This document shows, piece by piece, positions 29,767-40,025 of a stretch of 64,000 bases of DNA (the first letter of the stretch is position 1; each line of letters begins with the position of its first letter). The position numbers and the translations under genes were made by a program. The DNA is taken from the NCBI GenBank assembly GCA_963933835.1, contig CAWVVV010000001.1:256001-320000 (forward strand), read 5' to 3'. The stretch is from an uncultured Puniceicoccaceae bacterium (GTDB lineage: Bacteria; Verrucomicrobiota; Verrucomicrobiia; Opitutales; Oceanipulchritudinaceae). The notes under the pieces were generated by a model. It was not told the origin of the DNA. It saw only the letters and a list, made by a program, of their open reading frames with translations, and searched no databases.

Positions 29767-31164
29767 CTACCTTGGCGATAGCTCCGAAGGCCTACCAAGA
29801 CAGTAACGTAGCGCATCTTCTAGATTTTCATGACGCCAGTCATAGCCGTGGTCTTTTAACTTTTGCGGAACGAGATGGAGATCGGCCAGCAGGGTTTCGT
29901 TCGCGAGGTCATTACCAAAGAGGGTTCGAACAACTCCAGCGGGCAGCGGAATGATGGCCGGACGGCGAAGGACTTTACCCAGGGTTTTGGCGAATTCCTT
30001 TTGGGTGGGCACATGAGGAGCGACGACATTGATCGGCCCCACATAGCGTTCGTCTTCGATCGCTTGCAGAAAGACATCGAGGGCATCGTGCAGGCCGATC
30101 CACGAGAAGGCTTGCTCGCCAGTGCCAATAGGGCCGCCCGCTCCGATTATAAAAGCTGGGAGCATCTTCTTGAGTGCGCCACCACTTGGCGTGAGGACAA
30201 CACCCAGTCGTAAATGTGCGACACGAATACCGGCATCTCGGGCGGCATCCGCACTGCTCTCACAGGCCTCAACGACTTGAGACAGAAAACCATCACCTTT
30301 AGGGCCCGTTTCATCATGCGGATTACCATCGAGTGGATAAGCATTTGCACCGGACGCACAGATCAATGCCTTCGGCGGATGCGTCATCTTCGCCATCGTC
30401 TCAGCTAGGAGACGTGTCCCCAGCTCTCTGCTACGCAATATTTCTTCACGATAAGATTTTGACCAACGCTTGTCCGCGACCCCAGCACCTGCGAGATGGA
30501 CAACAGCATCAACACCTTCGAGCGCAGCCTCGTCGATAGTGCCTGTTTGAGGACTCCAGAAATACTGGTCGGTGTGATTCGGTGACCGCGTCAGACCTCG
30601 CACACGATAGCCGAGAGATTGCAATAAGGCCGTAAGCTCACGACCAACCAATCCACTGCTGCCTGTAATCAGGATCGTGCCCTCTCGAGGAAATCGCTGC
30701 GCCCAGTGCCGCTCGGCATCGAGGCGGGTAACCTCGTGACGATACCAGAAAAGCCGTTCGAGTTCTTTTCGAGCGAAACCACGACCCAAGGCAGCCCCGA
30801 GCCAGCCCAATGGCAGCCGATAAGTGATTTCGTCTGATAGAACCGACGTGTTCGGTTCTTCCGTTTTGAGGAAGGTGTGGACGTGTTCCCATTTCGGAAA
30901 AGGCCCATGAAGAGCTGAATCAGAAAAGCCCTCTCCTACTTTGACGTCAAAATGCTCTGCCACCCATGGCCGTCGAATGGGCCCTAGCTTAAATTCTAAA
31001 ACTGCTTGGGTTCCATCGATGATTTCATCGGGGGCGAGTTGCAGCGTCACATCTTGCCATGGCGGCGTGAGACGATTGAACGCTCCGCGCATGGTGTGCC
31101 ACTTGAAGAGGTCCGCGGGCGAGACGGTCACTCTAGATTGAAACTTGGCTTTAAAGTCACTCAC
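29767..31164 (-). CDS. SRPBCC domain fused to TIGR01777-family NAD-dependent epimerase
   Basis: N-terminal LFKWH..GAFNRLTPPW...GPFPKWEHVH; then ITGSSGLVG, HLAGAGVADKRWS, GGPIGTGEQAFSWI. Confidence 0.88.
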   Translation of the reverse strand: MSDFKAKFQSRVTVSPADLFKWHTMRGAFNRLTPPWQDVTLQLAPDEIIDGTQAVLEFKLGPIRRPWVAEHFDVKVGEGFSDSALHGPFPKWEHVHTFLKTEEPNTSVLSDEITYRLPLGWLGAALGRGFARKELERLFWYRHEVTRLDAERHWAQRFPREGTILITGSSGLVGRELTALLQSLGYRVRGLTRSPNHTDQYFWSPQTGTIDEAALEGVDAVVHLAGAGVADKRWSKSYREEILRSRELGTRLLAETMAKMTHPPKALICASGANAYPLDGNPHDETGPKGDGFLSQVVEACESSADAARDAGIRVAHLRLGVVLTPSGGALKKMLPAFIIGAGGPIGTGEQAFSWIGLHDALDVFLQAIEDERYVGPINVVAPHVPTQKEFAKTLGKVLRRPAIIPLPAGVVRTLFGNDLANETLLADLHLVPQKLKDHGYDWRHENLEDALRYCLGRPSELSPR

Positions 31165-32597
31165 GCGGTTTCCATTCCCTTCAATTCCTGCAGGGCTTTC
31201 AAGGCCCGATCACGCCCAGCGCTGTGCTCGATAATTGGATACGGATAATTCTCCCCCAGCGATACGCCCCATGCTTTTAACTGAGTCTCAGAGGCCTCCC
31301 AAGGGCAATGAATGAACTTCGCCGGCACCTTGGAAAGCTCTGGCACCCAACGGCGAACATAGTCGCCCTCGGTATCGAATTTCTTCCCTTGGATAATGGG
31401 GTTGAAAATCCTGAAATAGGGAGCTGCATCTGCTCCACATCCACCTGCCCATTGCCAGCCAAGCGAGTTACTCGCAAGGTCAGCATCGACGAGTGTATCC
31501 CAAAACCACATGGCACCCTCCTGCCACGGAAGAAGAAGGTGCTTCACTAGAAGTGATGCGACGATCATACGCACGCGATTGTGCATCCAGCCCGTAGTCC
31601 AGAGCTGGCGCATACCAGCATCTACGATCGGATAGCCGGTCTGCCCTTTTTCCCATGCCTGCAAATCCTCCGGACACTCTTTCCAAGGGAACTTCTCATA
31701 CTTAGCCTGCAATGGCTCGATTGTTGTATGAGGAAAATGGAACAAAATATGATAGGCAAATTCGCGCCACAGAATCTCACTAAAGAAGACACAGCCACCC
31801 TTCTCTTCCCGCTTCGCTTCCACTCGTTCAGCAATTTCGCGCGGACCGATTTGTCCAAAGGCCAAATAGGGAGACAAGGCCGAGGTTCCCTTCAGCCATG
31901 GAAGATTTCTATCGTCCGCATACCCCTCGATTGATTCATCAATAAATCGATCTAAGTTCGCAAGGGCTCCCTCCCGTGTCGGCTGCCATGCTTTGTAAAA
32001 GCCTTCGTCCCATGGAATCTCTGGAATCAATCCCAGTGCCTCCAATCGATTGGCCTGCGCCGCTTCTTTGGGATCCACCCACTGTGCGCTATCGAGAGGG
32101 ACTTGAGCGGGTTGTGGGATAGAGTTCTTTAGCACAGCCTTTGAGAAGGGCGTGAAAACCTTATACGGACCGCCAGACTGAGAAGCGATTTCCCAGGGTT
32201 CAATAAGCAGACTCGCATTAAAACTCTTCACTTCGACTCCATCATCACGGAGCCCAGCTTTGATGTCGCTGTCTTGCTCAATATGATGGAGGGCGTATCG
32301 CCGATTCCAATATACGGCATCCGCATTATAGCGTTGAACAAGCTCGCGCAGAACAACACTCGGCTCTCCAGATAAAACCTGAAGAGTGCTCTGCCGCTTG
32401 ACTAATGACTCGATGAGATCGTTCAGGGCGTGGTGTAACCACCAACGGCTCGCACCACCCATCGCCCACGGGTGTTTCTCGCCCGAGTCAAAAATATAGA
32501 CTGGCAGAACAGCGCCTCGCACTATCGCTGCGGCGAGGGCTGGATTATCTTCGAGCCGGAGATCTTGCCGAAACCATAGTATTGTAACTGAAGACAC
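31161..32597 (-). CDS. phrB: Class I CPD photolyase (cryptochrome/photolyase family)
   Basis: WFRQDLRLEDNPAL, TSALSPYL, WREF, GQTGYPIVDAGMRQLWTTGWMHNRVRM, DAAPYFRIFNP. Confidence 0.93.
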   Translation of the reverse strand: MSSVTILWFRQDLRLEDNPALAAAIVRGAVLPVYIFDSGEKHPWAMGGASRWWLHHALNDLIESLVKRQSTLQVLSGEPSVVLRELVQRYNADAVYWNRRYALHHIEQDSDIKAGLRDDGVEVKSFNASLLIEPWEIASQSGGPYKVFTPFSKAVLKNSIPQPAQVPLDSAQWVDPKEAAQANRLEALGLIPEIPWDEGFYKAWQPTREGALANLDRFIDESIEGYADDRNLPWLKGTSALSPYLAFGQIGPREIAERVEAKREEKGGCVFFSEILWREFAYHILFHFPHTTIEPLQAKYEKFPWKECPEDLQAWEKGQTGYPIVDAGMRQLWTTGWMHNRVRMIVASLLVKHLLLPWQEGAMWFWDTLVDADLASNSLGWQWAGGCGADAAPYFRIFNPIIQGKKFDTEGDYVRRWVPELSKVPAKFIHCPWEASETQLKAWGVSLGENYPYPIIEHSAGRDRALKALQELKGMETA

Positions 32598-32651
32598 CGA
32601 GAACGTTTACGGCACGTTAATCTAAAATGCAAATGGGATTCTTTATGGGTC

Positions 32652-32684
32652 AAAAAGAAACCGCCCGGACGAATCCGGGCGGTA
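32652..32684 (-). terminator. Intrinsic terminator after cysK
   Basis: ACCGCCCGGA-cgaa-TCCGGGCGGT stem with A-tract on its left. Confidence 0.85.
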
Positions 32685-32749
32685 TTATTGTCTACTTTTG
32701 ACTTATCTTCCTGTGATCGACAGCGACGACGAGACAGGTAAAAATCTAT

Positions 32750-33718
32750 TTATAAGGAAGCAACTTCTAGACTAGTTACTTTCTCACGAATCGCGGCGGC
32801 AAGCGGGGTGCTGAGATAGCGCTCCGATGGGCTAGCACCGATTGTCACGATCGTCTTGCCGGCAAACTCCGGCATCTTAGCAACTTGCATCGCTGCCCAA
32901 ACATTGGCGCCGGTTGAAATTCCACCGCTAATGCCATCCGTTTGGGAGAGCTTCTGAGCCGTCTCGAAAGCGTCTTCGTTGCTCACCTTCACAACATCAT
33001 CGATGATCGACGTGTTGCAGTTCCCAGGGATGAAGCCGGCGCCGATACCTTGAATTTTATGTGGGCCGGAGGCACCACCACTGATGACCGCGCTCCCTTC
33101 CGGCTCTACTGCAAAGACCTTGAAATCAGGCTTACGCGCTTTGATAACTTCGCCAACACCCGTGATGGTTCCACCCGTTCCAACACCCGCTACGAACGCA
33201 TCGACGTTACCACCTGTCGCACTCCAAATTTCTTCGGCGGTGGTGGTGCGGTGAACTTCAGGGTTAGCTGGATTATCGAACTGGGATGGGTTGAAAGCTT
33301 TGTCGCCGTATTCTTCCATCAATTGGCCAGCCTTCGCAATCGCGCCTGGCATGCCCTTTGCCCCAGGGGTCAGAACGATCTCTGCTCCGAGCATTCCGAG
33401 GAGAATGCGTCGCTCGAGGGACATCGTCTCTGGCATCGTGAGGATGCAGCGATAACCTTTACCGGCACAAACAAAAGCCAGCCCGATCCCTGTGTTACCA
33501 GAGGTCGGCTCGATGACAACAGAACCCGGCTTGAGCTGACCGTCGGCCTCTGCCGTTTCAATCATCGCACGGGCAATGCGATCCTTCACACTCCCGAGCG
33601 GGTTGAACCACTCAGCTTTGATATAGATCGTCGCAGGCAAATCTTTCGCGATTGCGTTCAGTTTAATCAGCGGCGTGTTGCCGACGGTTTCGATGATATT
33701 GGATGCGAGCAAACTCAT
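32750..33718 (-). CDS. cysK: Cysteine synthase A
   Basis: NPLGSVKDR (PLP Lys), EPTSGNTGIGLA, GVGTGGT, GPHKIQGIGAGFIP. Confidence 0.96.
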   Translation of the reverse strand: MSLLASNIIETVGNTPLIKLNAIAKDLPATIYIKAEWFNPLGSVKDRIARAMIETAEADGQLKPGSVVIEPTSGNTGIGLAFVCAGKGYRCILTMPETMSLERRILLGMLGAEIVLTPGAKGMPGAIAKAGQLMEEYGDKAFNPSQFDNPANPEVHRTTTAEEIWSATGGNVDAFVAGVGTGGTITGVGEVIKARKPDFKVFAVEPEGSAVISGGASGPHKIQGIGAGFIPGNCNTSIIDDVVKVSNEDAFETAQKLSQTDGISGGISTGANVWAAMQVAKMPEFAGKTIVTIGASPSERYLSTPLAAAIREKVTSLEVASL

Positions 33719-33838
33719 AGTTGCAGGGGTGTTTTGGGATTCAAGTTAAACGCTAATATTAACGCTCAATCGAAGCAGCGCGCAACTTGAAAGATCAATT
33801 AATGCCTAATGCCACAAAGGCTGAAAGGCAGACCAGAA

Positions 33839-34114
33839 CTAGCGGCGCTTACGCGGGCCGAAACTACGGATCGGCGCATTCGCGTTCATCGACTTCTTCC
33901 GCAAGCGGTAGACGATGCGTGCTTTATCGAGATCACGCGGGGTCATCTCCATTTTGACTGTATCACCGACTGTGATTTTGATGAAGTGCTTGCGGAGCTT
34001 ACCTGAGATGTGAGCCAACACTTGGTGGCCATTCTCAAGCTCAACGCGGAACATTGTCCCTGGTAAAACAGCAACAATCTTGCCTTCAATCTGTACAATA
34101 TCGGAATCAGTCAT
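33839..34114 (-). CDS. infA: Translation initiation factor IF-1
   Basis: [44 protein letters not shown]. Confidence 0.95.
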   Translation of the reverse strand: MTDSDIVQIEGKIVAVLPGTMFRVELENGHQVLAHISGKLRKHFIKITVGDTVKMEMTPRDLDKARIVYRLRKKSMNANAPIRSFGPRKRR

Positions 34115-34182
34115 AGTAAGCACTAGAGACGAAGTCTCAAAAAGCGGGTAAAAACAGGCTATGAGCCGCTTTAGGTCAAGTT

Positions 34183-36300
34183 CTAATCCTGCGCCAGCTG
34201 GAGCGGGAATACGGTCTGATTACCTGATTCATCGAGAGCTTCGAAGACAATCGAGAGCGATCCTTCAACCTCCGTCGCAAGCCGAAGCGCAAACAGCTCT
34301 AAGATGTCGTCGAAAAGTCCGTCGACCGGGCGCAGTGAAATGGGTTCGGCGCCATCGACGGTGATCTGCGCAGCGACCAACCGACTCACATCGCTCTCAA
34401 CCCTAAAGCTCACCACCCCATCTTCAAATCCGACATACTCAATCACAGGCGGGGTCGTATCGAGACGAACAAGTTCACTCACAAGCTCTGCGCTAAGAGC
34501 ATCGGCGGTCGCGTTTGTCATCTCGTCCGACGCAACGACCTTGAAGCGGTATTCACCGGGCTCAAATCCCGCTGCATTGAAGAGGAAGGTTGGCTGCGAA
34601 AGATCGCGGGCTAGCAATGTCCAAGAATCCTCGCCGACGCGCTGAACTGAAACATCGAATCTCAGTTCATCACCATTGGGGTCGTTCACCATCCAGACAA
34701 CGGTGCGAAAAGTCAGTTCCGGACGGCGCTCTAGTTTAAATCGATCACTGCCGCGGTTAGCTGGGCTCTTATTGTTCTCTTTAAAAACCGTCGAAAGGTC
34801 AAAAATCTGCGGTGAGCTCGAACTCGCACGTGCTTCTGCCCCGTAATCGAGCACTCGCAGTTGAGTGAACACAGGTGCCGCATTTGGCGAAGTGTGGAAC
34901 AATCGTGCACGTAAAAACAACGCTTCGGAGTCAGCTGGAAGGTTTAGCCGATACTGCGCATAACGCCCAGCGGGGCTAGCGATATGATTTCCTTCCAAGG
35001 TCTTCCAATCGCTCCACGTCGAATCAGGTTCATCGGTTAGACCTGTGCGCGTCGCGATCGTTGCCTCTCCCTCTCTCGCAAAAGACGCCTCAAGCCTCCC
35101 CCATCGCACCGACCGCTGGGCATCCATCACGTCTGAGGTAAAAGTGGAAGCATCACTTGATTGCCCGCCGAGCTGGTAAATCGCAGCCGGATTACTCGTG
35201 AAAATGTAGAAAGGTGCGGTATCACCTGCGCCGCGCTGAATAACGCTGATCTCGCCACCATTCGGGACTTGGTGAAGGAGGCCCCACTCGTGCCTAGTTG
35301 AAAATGTATACAAGCGACCCTTGTCATTCGTCCCCAGCAGCCAGTGCTCGCTGTTAATAGGTGAAAGAGAAAACACAGACCCAGCAGCTGAACGCCACTC
35401 TGGACGCGCAAAGCCATCTTGCCCGACGCGCACGAGAAAGCCTTGGCCTGCACCATCCGCAAACAATCGCTGGCTTTGACTCTCAGCTTTCACCTCAAAC
35501 GGAGGCAACTCACCTTTGTCGTTCGGCACCTGTGGTTTCTTTGGCGCGGGTTTGTCCGAATAAGTGGATACAAGGAGTGTATCGCCCGACTGAGCTACCT
35601 GACGAATTTCCTTTTCGTCCGACTTGTATACCGCCCGGGCTTCGTCAGGGCTCGACACTGCATAGACAACACCCCGTGGACTACTACCGAGCAGCCACTC
35701 TTCGCCTCGTCTCAAGAGACTCGTGAAATGTTCATCCTTTGAGCTAAACCAAACCTCGGAATCCGTATCGTCATCGCCAAGTGGAAGGCGTATGAGTTGC
35801 GCTGGAAACCCTGTCGCAATCCAGAGGACGTTGTCCACAATTTTAAGATCCCAGATGTATACTGAGTCCGGATCGTAGAAAAGCTCAGGCTTGCCACCTG
35901 AAATGGGCAAGCGATAGATCGCTCCCTTAGGTGACGTAGCGACATAAAGGTCTCCCACATCATCAAAGACTAATCCGCGCGAAATCAATGAGCCGGGCTC
36001 AAAAAGCACCTCCAACTCACCATCGAGGCTCAACTTGAGGACTCGGCCCTTGTTGCCTGTTCCAATCACGAAGCCACCATCCGGCGCGGGAGTCACCTGC
36101 CAGATCGAGGTGTCGTCTAGGCTAGCGAGCTCGATCAGATTCGGCGCAGTTCCGAGCTCTCCGGAGCGTGAGAGTGATATGTTCTTCAGTTCTCCGGAGA
36201 TAAAGTCCTGGTAGCCCTCGTCGACCAATACGCCGGTTTGCACTGCAACGAGCGGAGTAAAGATGAGGGTCGTAAGTAAAAATCCAATACAGATTCGCAT
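34183..36300 (-). CDS. Secreted beta-propeller protein with Ig/FN3-like C-terminal region
   Basis: Signal peptide; repeated GDLYVAT/VYIWDL-type blades; [35 protein letters not shown]. Confidence 0.75.
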   Translation of the reverse strand: MRICIGFLLTTLIFTPLVAVQTGVLVDEGYQDFISGELKNISLSRSGELGTAPNLIELASLDDTSIWQVTPAPDGGFVIGTGNKGRVLKLSLDGELEVLFEPGSLISRGLVFDDVGDLYVATSPKGAIYRLPISGGKPELFYDPDSVYIWDLKIVDNVLWIATGFPAQLIRLPLGDDDTDSEVWFSSKDEHFTSLLRRGEEWLLGSSPRGVVYAVSSPDEARAVYKSDEKEIRQVAQSGDTLLVSTYSDKPAPKKPQVPNDKGELPPFEVKAESQSQRLFADGAGQGFLVRVGQDGFARPEWRSAAGSVFSLSPINSEHWLLGTNDKGRLYTFSTRHEWGLLHQVPNGGEISVIQRGAGDTAPFYIFTSNPAAIYQLGGQSSDASTFTSDVMDAQRSVRWGRLEASFAREGEATIATRTGLTDEPDSTWSDWKTLEGNHIASPAGRYAQYRLNLPADSEALFLRARLFHTSPNAAPVFTQLRVLDYGAEARASSSSPQIFDLSTVFKENNKSPANRGSDRFKLERRPELTFRTVVWMVNDPNGDELRFDVSVQRVGEDSWTLLARDLSQPTFLFNAAGFEPGEYRFKVVASDEMTNATADALSAELVSELVRLDTTPPVIEYVGFEDGVVSFRVESDVSRLVAAQITVDGAEPISLRPVDGLFDDILELFALRLATEVEGSLSIVFEALDESGNQTVFPLQLAQD

Positions 36301-36304
36301 GTGC

Positions 36305-38062
36305 TTATTCTAAAGTAATAACAAAAATGTCCTGCCCTAAGAAAATGCCTTCAACCGGCAAACGAGTTTCCCACCATATATGGGAGCCTCCCGGTGTCAT
36401 AACAAAATTACTCGCTTCCGAAGCGAAAGTTGAGGCGAAAGACGGCGGGAGCCCAGGCAACCGTTGCCCATCGATTCCCGGCGACAGCCTTTGTTCGCCT
36501 ATAAACACATAAACGTAGCCCTGAGGACGCGTATCAGCCCATGCTTCCAGCAGATCGCCAACGCCATCAGCACTCCGGCGCTGAGAGGCCGCGATCCGAT
36601 TCGCACCCTCGGCATCAGCCACCGTCACGAGCAATTTTTGACCGGAGCGAAAGTCTTCGGGTATCGGAATTTCAATACGCCGCTGCGAAGCGTTCCCCCT
36701 ATAGTCATGAAGATCCAGAATGAGCCCTAAAGGCTCTCCTGCACGCGGACTCGCATCCACCTGCCGCACAGCTCGTAGGATGGATGCTTTCAGCCCTTCC
36801 TTGGCCTCAAGTTGCATCTCGATCGAGGCAACTTCGAGCTGCTCAAAGGGGTTATTCAAAAGCATGTTGAGTCGACCGTAGATCTCTTGCGCGAGGGCAT
36901 TGGCGCCCTCACTTCCCACGCTACGGGACTCCCACTGAAGTTCCTCTCCATCCGATAAGACAAGCCTAGCCTGTAGGCGGAAGCTCTGCTCTTCTTCTTT
37001 GAAAAGGCTCCGAGAACTCGCCTCGATCACCGTCATCGCCGACAGCACCGGCAAAAAGCGCGCGTCTGGCCAAATCTCGGCATTAAAATCTACCGGAGGC
37101 AACTCACCTGGGATGAGCCGCAGCGAGAGATCTGCCATTTCGGGCACCTCGCCAAGCCGTCCAGCCACACCCGTCAGCCGGTCCTGAAAGAGACTGCCCT
37201 CCGCAGGGCCGATGTTGGCCAGCTTGAAAGAGCTCTTAAGGTTGCGCACCACGGTAATAATGTCCGCCCCTGCCATTGGCATGTCGATCGAGCCCGACTG
37301 TAGAAAAGGATGCCCAAAAGCCAAAAGCTGATCACCATCGGTCCATGTGATTGTGCCCGTCGCAGCGGCCTGAAAGTCGCCTTGCATCAGGACACCCGCC
37401 ACCGCAGCGCCAGGGCGTAGATCGAGCGAAATGTCGTCACCTGCTCCGACCGGGCCAGCCGCAGGGACAAAGCCGAGATCCTCCAGTTCAGTTCGAAAGG
37501 CTTCGATCGAAGCGCTCCCAAAGCCCGCTAGCATCATCGGCGACGGCACCGCTTCGAGTCGCGCAGATCCAAACACACCTGCACTTGCGCGCGAAATGAG
37601 TTTCGAACGCGTCCTCGTAGAAATCGAATTACTTTCGTCTTCCTCAAAATCAAGGATCTCGAGCATCTTCTCGATCGGAGTGATACCGATCAAAGCCTGC
37701 TCTTTAGGCCAAATATAGCCGTAAGCGTAGGCGCCCACGATTCGGCCATCGATGAAAACCGGGCTGCCACTCATCCCCGCAACGGGGCCACTAAGAATGT
37801 GCTCTGCATCGAGTGCTTCAGCCAGGATCACAGGTTGCCCTGGTCCAGCGAAGTTATCCACCACGCCGAGAATCTTGAGCTTGAATTCCCGAATTTCGTC
37901 GCCTTGCACAACTGTTCTCCAGATGCCCGATTGTCCTTTCTCTACCTCAGAGAGCGGAAAAATCTCATTTACCCGCTCGCCATCCTGCGCTCCGAGGAGC
38001 CCGCTCAAGAGCAACACACCAGTAAGAAAGCTACCTAATCTCATTTTGGGGAAAACAAACAT
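36305..38062 (-). CDS. SpoIVB/peptidase S55 domain protein, secreted
   Basis: TVVQGDEIREFKLKILGV, AGMSGSPVFIDGRIVGA, GTIT...LAFGHPF. Confidence 0.88.
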   Translation of the reverse strand: MFVFPKMRLGSFLTGVLLLSGLLGAQDGERVNEIFPLSEVEKGQSGIWRTVVQGDEIREFKLKILGVVDNFAGPGQPVILAEALDAEHILSGPVAGMSGSPVFIDGRIVGAYAYGYIWPKEQALIGITPIEKMLEILDFEEDESNSISTRTRSKLISRASAGVFGSARLEAVPSPMMLAGFGSASIEAFRTELEDLGFVPAAGPVGAGDDISLDLRPGAAVAGVLMQGDFQAAATGTITWTDGDQLLAFGHPFLQSGSIDMPMAGADIITVVRNLKSSFKLANIGPAEGSLFQDRLTGVAGRLGEVPEMADLSLRLIPGELPPVDFNAEIWPDARFLPVLSAMTVIEASSRSLFKEEEQSFRLQARLVLSDGEELQWESRSVGSEGANALAQEIYGRLNMLLNNPFEQLEVASIEMQLEAKEGLKASILRAVRQVDASPRAGEPLGLILDLHDYRGNASQRRIEIPIPEDFRSGQKLLVTVADAEGANRIAASQRRSADGVGDLLEAWADTRPQGYVYVFIGEQRLSPGIDGQRLPGLPPSFASTFASEASNFVMTPGGSHIWWETRLPVEGIFLGQDIFVITLE

Positions 38063-38209
38063 ATCTGAATAATCGACCAGCCTTGGCTAGTTAACGTAAC
38101 AAAAGCCCATTCCCTTAGCTAAGACAAGGTTACGAAGGAAAAAACATCTAGGACGCCCCCTAGGATTAACCTTGGCGGTCAGATCAAGCCGAACATCTTC
38201 AAAGCCACT

Positions 38210-38896
38210 GTGAGTGACCCCTTATACGATGCCGACCTGATCAAATTCCTCCAAAGCTTCGTAACTGAAGCCCGCCGGGAAAAGATCGAGCGTGTCCTCG
38301 CAGCGCGAACCGACCGTGTCAGGGTCGTGGTGGAAGACCTTTACCAGCCCCACAATGCCAGTGCTGTGATGCGCTCATGCGAATGCTTTGGCGTGCAAAA
38401 CATGCACATCATCGAAAACCGGAACACCTTCGCTCCAAACAACGAGATCTCCCTCGGCTCTGCACAGTGGCTAAGTCTCCACCGCCACCGCGAAAAGGAT
38501 GCCGATAATACGCGGCAGTGTCTCACCGACCTTAAAAAGCAAGGCTTCACGATCGTCGCCACAGCCCTCCGCGAGGACTCTATTGAACTCGACGACGTCC
38601 CTACCGATCAACCCGTTGCGCTCCTTTTTGGAACCGAAGCGGAGGGACTCTCCGAAACCGCCCTAGAGCTCGCTGATAAGACGATGCGCATCCCAATGTT
38701 TGGTTTTACGCAGAGCTTCAACATTTCCGTTAGCGCCGCGATTTGCCTTTCCAGCCTCGTTAACCGAGTCCGTAAAGAGCGCGACGATTGGGCCCTCGAC
38801 GAAGCCACCCTTCAACGTCTGCGCAGCGACTGGATTCGGAAGTCTCTGAAAACCCCCGAAGCGCTCATTCGCCGATACGAGGAAGATAATGCGTAA
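38210..38896 (+). CDS. trmH: tRNA Gm18 methyltransferase TrmH
   Basis: VVEDLYQPHNASAVMRSCECFG, FGTEAEGLS, IPMFGFTQSFNISV. Confidence 0.9.
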   Translation: MSDPLYDADLIKFLQSFVTEARREKIERVLAARTDRVRVVVEDLYQPHNASAVMRSCECFGVQNMHIIENRNTFAPNNEISLGSAQWLSLHRHREKDADNTRQCLTDLKKQGFTIVATALREDSIELDDVPTDQPVALLFGTEAEGLSETALELADKTMRIPMFGFTQSFNISVSAAICLSSLVNRVRKERDDWALDEATLQRLRSDWIRKSLKTPEALIRRYEEDNA

Positions 38897-38971
38897 TCCA
38901 AATTCAAGCTGAAGCTAGAGAAGGGTTAGGTTTGAGGTCGACAATCCAACAGAAACAAGGCACTTCAATCC

Positions 38972-39373
38972 ATGCCCTTAAAGGATCCAGAGGCGCAAAT
39001 GAGGGAGACCACCCATGGCCCATTAGTGGTTATCGGAGCGCTGGTTACAATTCCACTCGCGTGGGTCATTGGGCTGTGGTGGTTTTCCTCCTTTCATACT
39101 GATAAGAAGAAACAGGCGGAAGACAATGGCCTGCACTGGCCCCTTTGGACAATCGCTACGCTCGTTGCGACTAGTATAGCGCTCTTTTTGGGTCTTGGAT
39201 CGATTTTGAAAGATGCCACCTCCCATGGCCAAAGCACTGATCTGATCACTCTCGTCCTTCCTCATTTTTTCGAGCATACTTTAGGCTACTTCGTCGTTCC
39301 TTTTACGGCAATTTGGACTGCCAGCATGATCCTCTGGCTCCACCTCAGAGCACACCGTAACACTCAAACTTAG
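38972..39373 (+). CDS. Hypothetical three-TM membrane protein
   Basis: Three hydrophobic segments; fills the gap between trmH and the NusG paralog. Confidence 0.6.
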   Translation: MPLKDPEAQMRETTHGPLVVIGALVTIPLAWVIGLWWFSSFHTDKKKQAEDNGLHWPLWTIATLVATSIALFLGLGSILKDATSHGQSTDLITLVLPHFFEHTLGYFVVPFTAIWTASMILWLHLRAHRNTQT

Positions 39374-39375
39374 CT

Positions 39376-39906
39376 CTATCCAGCCTCAGGATCGACGATC
39401 AGCGTGTCCGCCGGAACTTTCAGCTCTAAAGACTGACCCAGAAACTCGAGAAGAATCGCCACCCGCTCACTCCCTGGGACCATTCCAGTAACCACGGCGC
39501 TCCACTCTTTGAACGGGCCTTCAACAATCGCAACTGGTTGCCCAGGTTTAAGAACGACCTCTAGCTCTTCTTGGATATCATCCTCCAAACTGGTGCGAAG
39601 CTCTTCGATAAAACGGTCCGAAATCTGTGGAACATTATCACCATAGCAAACAAGTCCAGTGATTCCTGCCGTCGCCATAATGCGGCGAAAATTCGTCTTC
39701 AAATCGGTATGCACAAACACATATCCAGGAAACAGCGCCTCGACAAATTTCACTGCGCCGCGCCGCGCCTTCTTCGTATAACGTAAGCGCGGGCTAAAAG
39801 CATCCGTCACTTCCAATCTCTGTAACAGCTGAGCAGCCAAGTGCTCCTTTTTGGGAGAAGCCTTCAACGCATACCATCCAAGGTCACAATCGTAGAGGTT
39901 CGGCAT
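39376..39906 (-). CDS. RfaH/UpxY-like NusG paralog
   Basis: WYALKASPKKE, EALFPGYVF, KOW motif PGQPVAIVEGPF, RVAILLEFLG. Confidence 0.88.
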   Translation of the reverse strand: MPNLYDCDLGWYALKASPKKEHLAAQLLQRLEVTDAFSPRLRYTKKARRGAVKFVEALFPGYVFVHTDLKTNFRRIMATAGITGLVCYGDNVPQISDRFIEELRTSLEDDIQEELEVVLKPGQPVAIVEGPFKEWSAVVTGMVPGSERVAILLEFLGQSLELKVPADTLIVDPEAG

Positions 39907-40025
39907 AAGCTAGAGGGTTTTTTGATTTGTATAGAATCAGCGTCAAGCCCTTCTCCCAAATCAATCGGATGCTTCATTGACGAGGCAAACGTCTCCCCTC
40001 ACCGTCGCACCTTTCATTTTTAGCT

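Noticed and set aside
3986..40005. Recurrent TTGAC-N16/17-CAnnnT promoter variant (ppdK, leuS; also tRNA-Thr)
   Set aside because: Too few hand-picked examples and no TSS data
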